Source: Alphaproteobacteria bacterium (GTDB lineage: Bacteria > Pseudomonadota > Alphaproteobacteria > UBA828). Taken from it: a DNA stretch of 64,000 nt. The translations under genes and the position numbers were made by a program. The notes beneath the pieces were generated by a model. That model did not search any database. It was not told the origin of the DNA and worked only from the letters and a program-made list of their open reading frames with translations. Positions 26,282-36,341 of the stretch are shown piece by piece. The DNA lies in contig CAXXMU010000001.1 in NCBI GenBank assembly GCA_963667785.2, forward strand, positions 416,001 through 480,000. The letters are read 5' to 3'. How positions within the stretch are numbered: the first letter of the stretch is position 1; every line of letters starts with the position of its first letter.

Positions 26282-28123
26282 TCATGCGGCTCGCAGCAGC
26301 GGGGAGAAAAAGCCTGCATCGGAGGAGTTCGGCGATCCGACGAGCAAGGCCCTGTCCAGGAACCGGTTGTACTCCTCGCAGGCCGTCTCAGGTGCGAACA
26401 CGCAGGCATGGCATGCGGCCAGGGACAAACCGTCGGACCCGGCAACAAGCCCTTCAATGCACAGGGGATCGGAGGAACACCACTCCATCGCCCGGATTGC
26501 AGCTTCGACGGCGCGTTCGATGCGGCGGGATTCACCCTGCCGCTGCAGACCGCCGAGGGTGCCGTCAGCGTCTGAAGTGGCGGTATAGATTAAGAGGCCT
26601 GCCATCCCGTCATCCCCTTCGCTCACGTATAGGCGCTCGCGCAGGGCGGCCGTCGAGTAACCACACTCCAGCGTAAGTTGGCGCATCAGTGCATGCGCGA
26701 ATGTGTGGGCCAACAGATAGCGAGGCGTGATGGGCCATGCCGGATCGCCTTCGCCGTAACGCTTCTGCCATTCGACATGCCAAGCCGCGTGAACCTTCCG
26801 GGCACGGTCCTGCACAATGCCCTGTACTTCCCACGGGCGAAGCGTCTCCTGATTGAAAGCCAGGAATATGCCTTCGCCGCGAACCTCAATTGCCGGAAGC
26901 CAGCCGGGCTGGCCGACAGCGATCGCCGCGATATCGGGGCTGTCTTCATCCCCAGGCGGATTGATGCGGGTGAAACCCTTCAGGGCGCGAACCTCGCGCA
27001 ACCGCACAACGCGGACGATTCGACTGAAAAAGGGGCCCAGGCTGTCAGGCAGTGAGACGCTCCGCACTTCGAACTCGCGCGCGTCCCTATCGGCGGTATC
27101 AGCTCCCAAGACGAACTGCCGGTATTCCTCCTGGCGAATATTCAGAATTGCGTCGTCATTGTAGCGAGCGAGCCGGTCTTCGACCTGCTGAGCCAGTTCC
27201 TCTGGGCTGAGGCCGAGTTCATTAAGAACGGGGTCCAGTTCACCCTGTGCCAGGATGCGGATGAATGTGGCCCGGTCCTCGGGATCTGCACGGACGATCG
27301 GGGTCCAGTAAACTCCGAGCGCTTCCTGAAGAGCGTCCGACCACGGAGGAATGCTCAGCGCCGACTCCAGGACGGGGAAATAGAGATTCGATGCGCCTCG
27401 CTGTAATGCGCGCGGTTGGTGGTTGCACGATTCGTTGGTTGCGGCCAGCCAAGGCCGGCGCCCCCGGCACTGGAAACCGTGCCATGTGCGTGCATTGAAA
27501 ACGCCGTCCATGGACCGTCGTGCCTTGCAGTCCGGGCAGCTCAGGATCAGTCCGGCCAGACCCGGCCGTTCCGATCTGAGATACAGGTCGGCGCGTTCCT
27601 TCTTCTCGCAGTCATCCTTGTGTCCGACCCAGAGATGCCACGGAAACTCGTCCAGGTGTCCCTTCGCACAGGCCATCACGAAGCGGATTGGCACCGCAAA
27701 GACCTTGCGTTGCCCAGGTGCCTGTCGCGTACAGCGTGCGCAGTACCGATAGGCCCGGCCAGGCTCATGCGACCAGCGGCGCGCCGGTGCAAGGCGGTCG
27801 CATAGCGGGCATTGCAGCCACTCGGGAAACCTCGCTGCAACCAGGGCGCGGCGGTCGGGATCGGCGTCGTCGTTCGGCCCACTTTCATCGACAACCGGCG
27901 GCAGACGAAACCCGTCTACCGAGAGCTTCCTCTGCAGCCGCGGTTCTGCAATTCGTTGGGGATTGCGAAGACCTGGGGGTGGAAAAGATCTGTCCCATTC
28001 CTCAAGGCCGGCCGCGACGGCGGATACAGCTGCGCCGTCAGCGCGGAAATCAACAACGGCACCCGGACCGAATGTCATCAGTGCGGCGCTTCTCCGCAGA
28101 TCCCCGAGACGATTATTGGCCAT
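26282..28123 (-). CDS. drmB: DISARM DrmB (DUF1998)
   Basis: TFGPGAVVD, RFVMAC..GHLDEFPW, RGASNLYFP, HTFAHALMRQL, CSSDPLC...ACHAC...ETACE..N..LDR. Confidence 0.92.
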   Translation of the reverse strand: MANNRLGDLRRSAALMTFGPGAVVDFRADGAAVSAVAAGLEEWDRSFPPPGLRNPQRIAEPRLQRKLSVDGFRLPPVVDESGPNDDADPDRRALVAARFPEWLQCPLCDRLAPARRWSHEPGRAYRYCARCTRQAPGQRKVFAVPIRFVMACAKGHLDEFPWHLWVGHKDDCEKKERADLYLRSERPGLAGLILSCPDCKARRSMDGVFNARTWHGFQCRGRRPWLAATNESCNHQPRALQRGASNLYFPVLESALSIPPWSDALQEALGVYWTPIVRADPEDRATFIRILAQGELDPVLNELGLSPEELAQQVEDRLARYNDDAILNIRQEEYRQFVLGADTADRDAREFEVRSVSLPDSLGPFFSRIVRVVRLREVRALKGFTRINPPGDEDSPDIAAIAVGQPGWLPAIEVRGEGIFLAFNQETLRPWEVQGIVQDRARKVHAAWHVEWQKRYGEGDPAWPITPRYLLAHTFAHALMRQLTLECGYSTAALRERLYVSEGDDGMAGLLIYTATSDADGTLGGLQRQGESRRIERAVEAAIRAMEWCSSDPLCIEGLVAGSDGLSLAACHACVFAPETACEEYNRFLDRALLVGSPNSSDAGFFSPLLRAA

Positions 28124-31100
28124 CGTCGTTTCCCCGCGACGGTCGTTCGCTCAGCCTTTCGGCGAGTCTGAATTGCGTCGAGGGTTCGACGCTTCGCATG
28201 TTGTTCAGTGTCGGCCACGCTTCTCCTGGCATACGTCCCATTGCGCGCAGTGTGGCGGCCCGCTCGGCGTCCTGCAGAAGGGAGCTTCCAATCCGCCAGG
28301 GCCACCAGTAACTCTCAGGTGCGCGGAATTCCCAGGTTTCGAGACAGCGCTCCAACTCCATCTGTACGGCTGTCTCCTCCGGATCAATTGCTGACGACCT
28401 CTGGACGACGTCGCGGATCAGGTCTCTCGCGGCGTCGAGGGCATCATCGTTCAGCGCCGGCCTGTCCAACATGCCGGGAACCAGATGCCGGACGAGGGCA
28501 ACCAGAACTGAGTGAAGCGCGCGGTCTCGGGCCCGCGATGCAAATGGCGTGACACTCGTCGGTTCGACATCCCGATAGAGCGTCTCGTGCCATGTGGGGA
28601 AGCTCTCGTAGTGCGACCGGTCGCGGGCCTTGGCATTGTTCAGGACAGCCACGACCAGACCGGGGACATCGCCGCGCCCCACACGGCTCGTGGCCTGTAT
28701 GTATTCGGCGATGCCCTTGGGCTGTCCGTTTACCAGCATCAGGCCGAGGCGGGGAATGTCGACGCCGACGCTCAGCATGTTGGTCGCAAGCACAACGTCG
28801 AGAGCGCCCTCGCCGACCGAGGGTATTTCGAGGCGGTCCAGCATGTCCCTTACATCGGCCTGAGTCCGCCTGGATGTCAGCTCCTCTATGAACTCGGGCT
28901 GACGTGCGGTCTCTTCGCGTCGCTGCGCGAAAATGGAAAGACTGTCGTTGACGTCGTCCTGCATCAGCACGAGTGCGCCGCCAAGTTCGCGCAACGAGTT
29001 GAAATAAGAGACCAGCGTCCAGTACGGATCCCGCGCGGGATCGTCTGGAGGGGCATTTGACGCAGATTGAAGAAGCGATGCCGCTACAGCCTGGAGCGTG
29101 AATTTCGCCGACCTTCCGGCCGTGGTAATCCCTGCATACCTGCGACCGGGCGCATCGCGGTCCACGACGGCGAAGGCAGAGTCATCCGCGTCAATACAGG
29201 GCGGTGGGAACTGAGCGGTCTCGCGGTCGAACAGGGATGCCACCTGTTCGGATGCGCGTCGGATTGTTGCTGTGGAGCCGATGATTTTCGGGCGCACAGC
29301 ACCTGTCGAGAACATTCGGTCGACTGCAGCCTCATAGAGGCCCGCGACGGTGCCAAGCGGACCGGAAATCAGATGCAGTTCGTCCTGCAGGATCAGATCG
29401 GGCGGCTGGCCGGTATCCAGGCCAAAAAGAGTGTTCACCTGCTTGCGACGGACGATCTGCGCATACTTGTCAATCGTGCCGATGAGCAGGGTCGGACGTA
29501 TCCGGTATACGTCCTCGTCCACGGTCCAGACTGGGAGAGGGACTTCGGGATCGAACAGAAGACATTCCTCGTTCTTGCATCGAACGTGAATGGCTCCGGC
29601 CTGTTCGTCATGCTCCCACGTCAGTTGCTTGCGACAGGCGGGGCACTGCACAAGCTGTTTCGGCGTTGGCTGATCCGGAGCGCCCCCAAGAGCGACGGCT
29701 GCATCCACCACCCTGTTCGGGACCGCCTCGCCACCAACCCAAAGCCCGATCGAGAAAGGAGTGGATCCCAATTCAGGGCGGGAAACGCCGGCCTCTGGGA
29801 TGCGTCCACGCCTGATTGCCTCGCACGCGAGCAGGACTGCGGCGGCGCGCACGAACTGCTGCGTCGTGAGGAGCCGCAGCGTGTAGCGCATGATCGCCGC
29901 GACGCCATGGCCCCGGTCTGGATCGTCAGCGGCGGATAGCCGTCTGAAGAATGCGAGAAACGCGATCAGTGCGAGGTAGGCTTCGGTCTTGCCGCCGCCC
30001 GTCGGAAACCAGAGCAGGTCCATGAACCGGCGTTCGGGGTGCTGGCGATCCACGACAGATGCCGCTGCGAGCAGGATGAAACCGAGTTGGAAGGGCCGCC
30101 ATTCGAGAGGGCCGCGCTCCCTTTTCTTCGGATCCCAGCCGTGTTGAACATCCATGGCGAGATTGGCGAGGCGGAATGCGCGCGACATTACGGCGTCTTC
30201 GGAAATGCGCGTCGCCCCTGCAGCCACGCGCGTGTGGACATCGCGGCACAATGTGATGTTCTTGTCGGCCTGATCCCGAAACTCCTCAGAGAGTGAAGAC
30301 ACTTCGGCAGCCCTGGCGTCAATCCATGTCTGGTAGGCCGCCGGAAGGAGATGCAGAGCGTCGGCGAGTTCATCTGATGCCGCCATCGCCAGCCATCGAG
30401 CGGACAGCGGATTGTGCTTTGCATTGGTGCGCAGTGATGCGAATACCTCGTGACCGGCGGAGCTCGTTGAATGAACCTTTGTGGTGGGAGTCCAGGTGGT
30501 GGCAACAAGTCCTGCCGTTGCCGGTTCGAGCCCAGGCTCCCATTCGACGGAACAGGTATGGCCGTTCGCAAACTCGTGCGCGTTCCGGTACAGAAGCGCT
30601 CCCGAGCGGTCATCGTCGTCGAGAACGGCACGTCGCGACGGCCGCGCGACCAGAACGGTCCCCCGTCGTGGCCTTATCTCGATGCGGACCTGAAACAGCG
30701 TCAGCCGCTCGATACCCTCGCGATCTTCGTCTTCATCCGGCTCGGCCTGGTTGAGGAGCGTGATGGTAGCGAGAGTGCCGCCAGACCAAGCGGCTGAGCG
30801 CAGGTGCAGCCTGATACCCGACGGCGCCCCAAGTGGTTCAAGATCGGTGAACCGGGCGCCGTCCTGGAGGGCAACGCCATTCACCGGGATCAGATATGCC
30901 TTGCGTCGCCATTCCGTCCGCCTTCGAACGCGGCCGTCATTGGCTGACTGGCCTCGCTCCGACCCGGGGCCGATTTCATCCTCCTCAGGTGTGACGGGCA
31001 CATAGGTTGCAAATCGGACGGACACGTCCACTTCGGCACCGGCGTCGGCAGCGGTGGCGGCGAAAGAGACACCTGCGGAGCAGGGTCGGCTCATACCGAC

Positions 31101-31316
31101 GAGGGAGACTTCCTCTTCCTCGCCTCCGCCGTCCGTCTCACTTTCTCCGACGCCCGACAGACCGAACCGTTCGTCTTCCTCGGCTCCCATGCGGGTTTCG
31201 CGCGGCCAAAGGATGCCGGTGAGATAGACATCCGACGGGCGTGATGTGAGAACTTCGTCCTCGGTGTATGGGCCGATCAGGTCCTGCTTCAGCCGGTCAA
31301 GCAGAGTTTCGCGCAC
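28113..31316 (-). CDS. drmA: DISARM DrmA helicase
   Basis: WRPFQL.FIL, LLWFPTGGGKTEAYL, RYTLRLLT.QQF, QDELHLISGPLG, YIQATSRVGR; directly upstream of drmB. Confidence 0.92.
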   Translation of the reverse strand: MRETLLDRLKQDLIGPYTEDEVLTSRPSDVYLTGILWPRETRMGAEEDERFGLSGVGESETDGGGEEEEVSLVGMSRPCSAGVSFAATAADAGAEVDVSVRFATYVPVTPEEDEIGPGSERGQSANDGRVRRRTEWRRKAYLIPVNGVALQDGARFTDLEPLGAPSGIRLHLRSAAWSGGTLATITLLNQAEPDEDEDREGIERLTLFQVRIEIRPRRGTVLVARPSRRAVLDDDDRSGALLYRNAHEFANGHTCSVEWEPGLEPATAGLVATTWTPTTKVHSTSSAGHEVFASLRTNAKHNPLSARWLAMAASDELADALHLLPAAYQTWIDARAAEVSSLSEEFRDQADKNITLCRDVHTRVAAGATRISEDAVMSRAFRLANLAMDVQHGWDPKKRERGPLEWRPFQLGFILLAAASVVDRQHPERRFMDLLWFPTGGGKTEAYLALIAFLAFFRRLSAADDPDRGHGVAAIMRYTLRLLTTQQFVRAAAVLLACEAIRRGRIPEAGVSRPELGSTPFSIGLWVGGEAVPNRVVDAAVALGGAPDQPTPKQLVQCPACRKQLTWEHDEQAGAIHVRCKNEECLLFDPEVPLPVWTVDEDVYRIRPTLLIGTIDKYAQIVRRKQVNTLFGLDTGQPPDLILQDELHLISGPLGTVAGLYEAAVDRMFSTGAVRPKIIGSTATIRRASEQVASLFDRETAQFPPPCIDADDSAFAVVDRDAPGRRYAGITTAGRSAKFTLQAVAASLLQSASNAPPDDPARDPYWTLVSYFNSLRELGGALVLMQDDVNDSLSIFAQRREETARQPEFIEELTSRRTQADVRDMLDRLEIPSVGEGALDVVLATNMLSVGVDIPRLGLMLVNGQPKGIAEYIQATSRVGRGDVPGLVVAVLNNAKARDRSHYESFPTWHETLYRDVEPTSVTPFASRARDRALHSVLVALVRHLVPGMLDRPALNDDALDAARDLIRDVVQRSSAIDPEETAVQMELERCLETWEFRAPESYWWPWRIGSSLLQDAERAATLRAMGRMPGEAWPTLNNMRSVEPSTQFRLAERLSERPSRGNDDGQ

Positions 31317-33438
31317 GCCCCCGCCTCCCTTTCTTGTTGCGACCGGGGAAAAACACCGTGCTGTAACCCAGGATCAGTGGTGCCAGCATGATCCCGCTGC
31401 TTCTCCAGGGCTCGTGAAGTGCCTCGCATTCGGGCGCGTCCGGGGGCAGGACGATTGTGCGGACCCCCTGTACATGCAGGTGCCGGATAGTGTCCGGGGG
31501 GCGTCTGCGGATTCCTCCAAGCTTTGCCTGAACGGCATCGGCGATGGCAAACAGGTCGGTATTCACGCTCTGCGACAGGACAGCCAGACAATGCCCACTT
31601 CCATCCTCCCTCAGGCGGAACGCGAAACGCGATGAGCGATCGCTTTCGGCCACGAGGGGTACGGACGCATCCGCAAAGCTGCGAATGCTGTTCTGGCTGG
31701 CGCGTACCGCGGCGCCGTTTGGGAAATAGGTGCGGCCGGCCAGACCTTCGGCGCCAATATCGGTGTCACGACCGATTTCGACCTGGGCGCGAGGTTTGCT
31801 GTCCCTTGTCTTGAGGCTGTATGCCCTGCCGGAACCCTCGACCCGGCTGGCGTACTGGCGATACCCGCGTCCGACCAGCAGTCGTGACCGCCCGCGTGTC
31901 GCACCCACAAAGACGACCCGGGCCTCTTCGTCCTGGTCAACGTGCTGGTTGTGTGTTCGGGGCAGCATCAGATGCACTGTGTCCGCCTCCCGGCCCTTGG
32001 AGGCGTGAATTGTGCCGACAATGGGACCGCTAAGCCCGAGCTCGGCGTGACACAGTTCCGCCGGCGGTTGTTTGCGCCCGAAACGCTGTCTTAACTGACG
32101 CATTTCAACCACTGTCCGAGTGCGCCCCGCCAGCCGAACCAAGGTAGCCCAGGCAAAATCGAAATCGCAGTTGGCGAGAGACGTGCCTTGCACCCTGTCG
32201 ACCCACAATTCCTCGAAGGTGCCCCTGTTCAGATCGGCTTCGGAATATTCGGACAATGCCGCTCCGATCCAGGGCGTGAGGCACACCGGCAGTCCTGACA
32301 TACGCACACGATGTGCAATGCCGTTCTGCGTCAACGTCGAACTGGTCTGCAGTACGTCGCAGCGCCTGCGATAGAGAATGAAGGCATCTTCAAGCTCTGC
32401 CAGTGCCGCATCGTCAACCCGCGGCGCTTCGCCATGTGCGAGGCTGATGATCTCATCCCTGATATCGGCGAGCTTGTCCGGTGTCTCACCTGCGGCGGTG
32501 AGTACCTTGCGGCGCGTGTCGGAGAAAATCTTGAGCAGCCGTCGAGAGCCGGTGCGATGCACGTCGGTCAATTCGCATTCCCGGAATTCACCCGCAGACC
32601 CACTTCTTATCCTCTCCGGGAATGTAGGCTCTCCGACTTCTCCTGGTCGGACCTCGCGGTCGTCGGCAAAGCCATAGATGGCCTGGGCTTCGTCGGCGAA
32701 GACGGTCACACCGCAGAAAGATGACAGCCTGCGGACAATATCGACGACAAGATCGGAGCGAATGCCAACGATATCCTGCGCCTCGTCAACGACTAGGTGC
32801 TCGATGCTCTCAAGGTACTCAGCGACACTTTCGTCTTCGCGAACGAGTTTGAGCACCCTCTCGATGTTTTCTTCGTAGGAACCCAGAATTCTGGCTTCGT
32901 CATCGAAGCCTGAATGGATCGTCCAGGCGTGCGAGTCGAGGGTGGCGATTTTCACCGCATAGGCCGCTGACGCATCTTCGAGATAAGCAGCGATTCGGTC
33001 GCGGATTTCGCGCACGGCAGTGCGCGTGAAACTGATCAGCCAGATGCGGCTCGGCTCCAGCCCGTCCTGGTCGATCAGCTGCGAGACCCGAGCGCAGGCA
33101 ACCGCGGTCTTGCCTGTGCCGGGACCGGCACCGACGAGAAGACGGTCCTCCTGCGGAGCGTCAATCACGTCCCTCTGCGACTTGTCCCACTCAATGAGGG
33201 CAGGGGGAACGACCTGGAATTCCGGCGCGACGTCACTCGCGTCCGCGTCGTGTGCGCTCTGCATATGCACGCCATCCGAGGGCGGGACATTGTCGAGATG
33301 GATCTGACCGCCATTGATCAACGGCCAGAACTGCTTCTTGTATTTGACGAATGGCTTGCCGTCGACATGACGAAGGGGACGCATCACCCGCGCGACTTCC
33401 TGCCCCTTCTTGAATATGCGGACCTCGATCTGCGCCAT
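31297..33438 (-). CDS. UvrD-like SF1 helicase
   Basis: AGPGTGKT, ISFTRTA, VDEAQD, TIHASKGRE, EEARVVFVGATR. Confidence 0.9.
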   Translation of the reverse strand: MAQIEVRIFKKGQEVARVMRPLRHVDGKPFVKYKKQFWPLINGGQIHLDNVPPSDGVHMQSAHDADASDVAPEFQVVPPALIEWDKSQRDVIDAPQEDRLLVGAGPGTGKTAVACARVSQLIDQDGLEPSRIWLISFTRTAVREIRDRIAAYLEDASAAYAVKIATLDSHAWTIHSGFDDEARILGSYEENIERVLKLVREDESVAEYLESIEHLVVDEAQDIVGIRSDLVVDIVRRLSSFCGVTVFADEAQAIYGFADDREVRPGEVGEPTFPERIRSGSAGEFRECELTDVHRTGSRRLLKIFSDTRRKVLTAAGETPDKLADIRDEIISLAHGEAPRVDDAALAELEDAFILYRRRCDVLQTSSTLTQNGIAHRVRMSGLPVCLTPWIGAALSEYSEADLNRGTFEELWVDRVQGTSLANCDFDFAWATLVRLAGRTRTVVEMRQLRQRFGRKQPPAELCHAELGLSGPIVGTIHASKGREADTVHLMLPRTHNQHVDQDEEARVVFVGATRGRSRLLVGRGYRQYASRVEGSGRAYSLKTRDSKPRAQVEIGRDTDIGAEGLAGRTYFPNGAAVRASQNSIRSFADASVPLVAESDRSSRFAFRLREDGSGHCLAVLSQSVNTDLFAIADAVQAKLGGIRRRPPDTIRHLHVQGVRTIVLPPDAPECEALHEPWRSSGIMLAPLILGYSTVFFPGRNKKGRRGRARNSA

Positions 33439-33499
33439 GACTTTGATTCTGAATTCGCCGCTAAGCGGCCATGAAATTCCTTGCAGGTTGGCGCACTTA

Positions 33500-33976
33500 T
33501 TATGTCCGTGTGTCGGAATTCTCGTATTCGGCGATTTCGGCCACGGCCTCCCGCCCCTGGCGAATGAAGGCCTCTGCGCGGCTCAAGACTTCCTGCACTG
33601 CCCTTCCGTGCCTGCCTCGCATGGCGCACTCCCAGACCACCAGCGTCCGCCACTCATCCGCCTTCAGCGCGGCCAGCGCATTCCGGTCCCGCTCCATGTT
33701 GCGGTTAATTTTGGTCCTCCAGAATGTGGCGCGGGTCTTGGGCCACCTGAACAGCGAGCATCCGTGACCATGCCAGAAGCAGCCGTGCACGAATACCACG
33801 GCTCGATGTCTGGGGAACACCATGTCGGGTTTGCCAGGCAAGTCCGCTCCATGAAGCCGGCAGCGGAGGCCACGCTTGTGAAGCCCGCGCCGGAGCAGCA
33901 TTTCGGGTTTGGTGTCCTTGCCCCGGATTCGGCTCATGACGAGCCGGCGCTGTTCCGGCGTCAATACGTCGGAGAC
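33500..33976 (-). CDS. vsr: Very short patch repair endonuclease
   Basis: MSRIRGKDTKPE, LPGKPD, FVHGCFWHGH, VVWEC. Confidence 0.95.
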   Translation of the reverse strand, partial: VSDVLTPEQRRLVMSRIRGKDTKPEMLLRRGLHKRGLRCRLHGADLPGKPDMVFPRHRAVVFVHGCFWHGHGCSLFRWPKTRATFWRTKINRNMERDRNALAALKADEWRTLVVWECAMRGRHGRAVQEVLSRAEAFIRQGREAVAEIAEYENSDTRT

Positions 33977-34007
33977 TTCGTCTCTTTCCGTGGAGGTACC
34001 CACGCCT

Positions 34008-35588
34008 TCAGGCTTCAACGGCGTTCCCCATTGCCGGCAAATCAGGTCGAACTCCGGTCGGTGGCGCCGAAATCGCGGAAGCCGCTGGGGTTGAGGACTG
34101 ACAAGGTTGCTGCTGCATCGGATGCGCGCTGTCCGTCGGCTGTAGTGTCTTCATGATTTCGGTGGCAATCGTTCGCGCCATCAGGGGTGGAACCGCGTTC
34201 CCGATCTGCCGGAAGGCTTGGTTCATTGCACCCATGAACACGAAGCCGTCAGGAAATGACTGCAACCGCGCCGCTTCCCGGACTGAAATCGTCCGGGCCT
34301 GGGCGCTGTCGTAGTGGATGTGGCTGTAACCGTCCTTGCTCAGATGCGCCATGACCGTGCGAACCGGCTGGTCCCGGGTGATCTTCCGCCACTTGTTCGG
34401 AAACTTGCCGGCGTCGTAGGGCGGTACGATCGAGCGTCGTAATACTTCATGCTCCGGTGATTCCGGCTCTATAGGTACGCCCTCCCCGGCGAGGCTGGAC
34501 AGCTCCTCACCGAGCATCTTCAGGGCGAGCCTATGTGCTTCCGGATACTGATCACCCTCCTTCATCCGTGCGAACAGCGCGTAGTCGCGAGGGAGGTACC
34601 GAATGACATGATCGTAGATGCCGTCTCCGGCCTCGTATCCTGCCCAGTTCTTCATCGAGCGGGCATAATCCGAATCGGGACGGTTCCCGTCGTAGGGGAC
34701 CGGGCTGTCGAAGCGACGCGCACCCCGCTTCAGCACGCCTTCTCGCATCAGCCTGCGGGCATCGATTCTTGGAAGATCGCCAATCGCCTCTTCGGCGGTT
34801 ACGGCAGGCGGCAGATCGCCAGTGGCCTGGGGTGGGTCCCGATAGTTGTGCGCCTGCTCGAACAGGTCACCATTGGACAGTACCTTCAGCGCGACCCGGC
34901 GCGACCCTTCATAGCCGCGAGGCAGCTCAACCCAATGCGTCGGTGCAGGAAAGCTGACATGTTGGGCAACGTCCCGATGATACGCGATCAGAAACATGCG
35001 CTCACGAGTCTGAGGTACGCCATAGAAGGCGGCGTTCAGCAGTGTGTAGGCGCTGACATACCCGAGGTCTTCCAGGACCTCGCAGACTTCTTCGGGGACG
35101 TTGTGCCCACCGAAATTCATCACGTCTGGCACGTTCTCCATCAGAATCGCCAGCGGGCGGCAGGACTTCACGTATTTGAGGTAAGGCGTATAGAGCGTGG
35201 CGCGCGGGTCGTGACGGAACGCCTCGGGATGCGCCTCGATCTCTCGCAGCTTCGACCTGCCGACCCGCGCGAAGGCTTGGCACGGCGGACCGCCGATGAT
35301 GACGTCGAAGGTCTCAGCAACCCTGCCGAGCTTCAGCGTCCGTACGAGCTGGGCGGGAGCTGTGGAGCTGATGTCACGGTCAACCGCGTGGCGCGGATCA
35401 TCCGCATGGAAGTTGGCGCCGTAGGAGGCCGCCGCCGTGGGATCGTTCTCAACCGCCGCAGCGATTTCGAACCCTGCTGCACTGAAGCCCAGGGAAAGCC
35501 CGCCGCACCCGGAAAAGAGATCGAGCACCCGAGGCCGTCCGCCGTTTCGAAGCCTCGACATCTTTTCCTGAATTATGCGTCTGGTCAC
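34008..35588 (-). CDS. DNA cytosine-5 methyltransferase (DrmMII-like)
   Basis: DLFSGCGG, GGPPCQ, MENV, PQTRER, REAARLQSFPD, QIGNAVPP; GTG start overlaps the upstream stop. Confidence 0.95.
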   Translation of the reverse strand: MTRRIIQEKMSRLRNGGRPRVLDLFSGCGGLSLGFSAAGFEIAAAVENDPTAAASYGANFHADDPRHAVDRDISSTAPAQLVRTLKLGRVAETFDVIIGGPPCQAFARVGRSKLREIEAHPEAFRHDPRATLYTPYLKYVKSCRPLAILMENVPDVMNFGGHNVPEEVCEVLEDLGYVSAYTLLNAAFYGVPQTRERMFLIAYHRDVAQHVSFPAPTHWVELPRGYEGSRRVALKVLSNGDLFEQAHNYRDPPQATGDLPPAVTAEEAIGDLPRIDARRLMREGVLKRGARRFDSPVPYDGNRPDSDYARSMKNWAGYEAGDGIYDHVIRYLPRDYALFARMKEGDQYPEAHRLALKMLGEELSSLAGEGVPIEPESPEHEVLRRSIVPPYDAGKFPNKWRKITRDQPVRTVMAHLSKDGYSHIHYDSAQARTISVREAARLQSFPDGFVFMGAMNQAFRQIGNAVPPLMARTIATEIMKTLQPTDSAHPMQQQPCQSSTPAASAISAPPTGVRPDLPAMGNAVEA

Positions 35589-35779
35589 AGCGCTTCCGGC
35601 TCCCGCTGCTCCTGATCGAACAGGTCCGGCTGAGGGTCGAAGGTTTCGCTGTCCAGGTGATCCCGGACAAGCCGGGCGATCAGCGGAGACTTCTTGTAGC
35701 CCTTTTCGCGGCAATAGGAATCGAAACGGTCTGCCTCCGCTTTCGACATCAGCACCTGGACGCGAACCAGATCAGACAT
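35585..35779 (-). CDS. Small ribbon-helix-helix-like regulator
   Basis: VRVQVLMS strand plus two helices; first gene of the operon and coupled to the MTase. Confidence 0.7.
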   Translation of the reverse strand: MSDLVRVQVLMSKAEADRFDSYCREKGYKKSPLIARLVRDHLDSETFDPQPDLFDQEQREPEAL

Positions 35780-36089
35780 GGGCGACGGCCTTCATGGTGG
35801 CAATTGTATTCGCCCGACTGCGCAGATTTCAACAGTAGTGTGTATTTCTGAGCATTGCTTGAACCCTCGGCCCGCAAGTCTTCGCTCCGACCCTGGCGTC
35901 CCCGGCCGCCGTAACGGCGTCAGCAGCATTGCTCCACGCCACCGTCCTTGCCGCTTATCCCCCGAACGTCGAGTGCCCGGGTCCTGGTGCCCATCAAGTC
36001 CCAAGCGGTCTGGAGCGGTCTGAAGATTGCGTCCGCGTGATTCCCAATAGATTCCCAGTGCCCAATTCGGTTAGCTGGCTAGAAGTGAC

Positions 36090-36122
36090 GAACGCCGCTA
36101 AGTCATTGACTTAGCGGCGTTC
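36090..36122. terminator. Hairpin downstream of the duplicated tRNA 3' end
   Basis: GAACGCCGCTAAGTC-ATT-GACTTAGCGGCGTTC perfect inverted repeat. Confidence 0.7.
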
Positions 36123-36171
36123 TCAGTGGTTGCGGGGGTAGGATTTGAACCTACGACCTTCAGGTTATGAG
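36123..36171 (-). repeat. att site: duplicated 3' half of tRNA-fMet
   Basis: 49-bp direct repeat of 63858-63906 with 2 mismatches. Confidence 0.95.
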
Positions 36172-36300
36172 TTTCAAAACTCCTCGTTGTCTCCAGGTAG
36201 CTGGAAGTAGCCTGAGATGGATTGAGGTTGATAGATCAGTAGGTTATAACGCTCAGTCGTGGGGTGGAGAGGGTTGGAGGTGCATCCGAGTTGTTCGATT

Positions 36301-36321
36301 CTGTTTGCCAATAGTTTGCCA
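36301..36321. repeat. Putative integrase arm-type sites
   Basis: CTGTTTGCCAATAGTTTGCCA is identical at 63772-63792; TGTTCGATTCT/AGAATCGAACA is also shared in inverted form. Confidence 0.75.
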
Positions 36322-36341
36322 GTGTGATACGCCCTGCCGCC

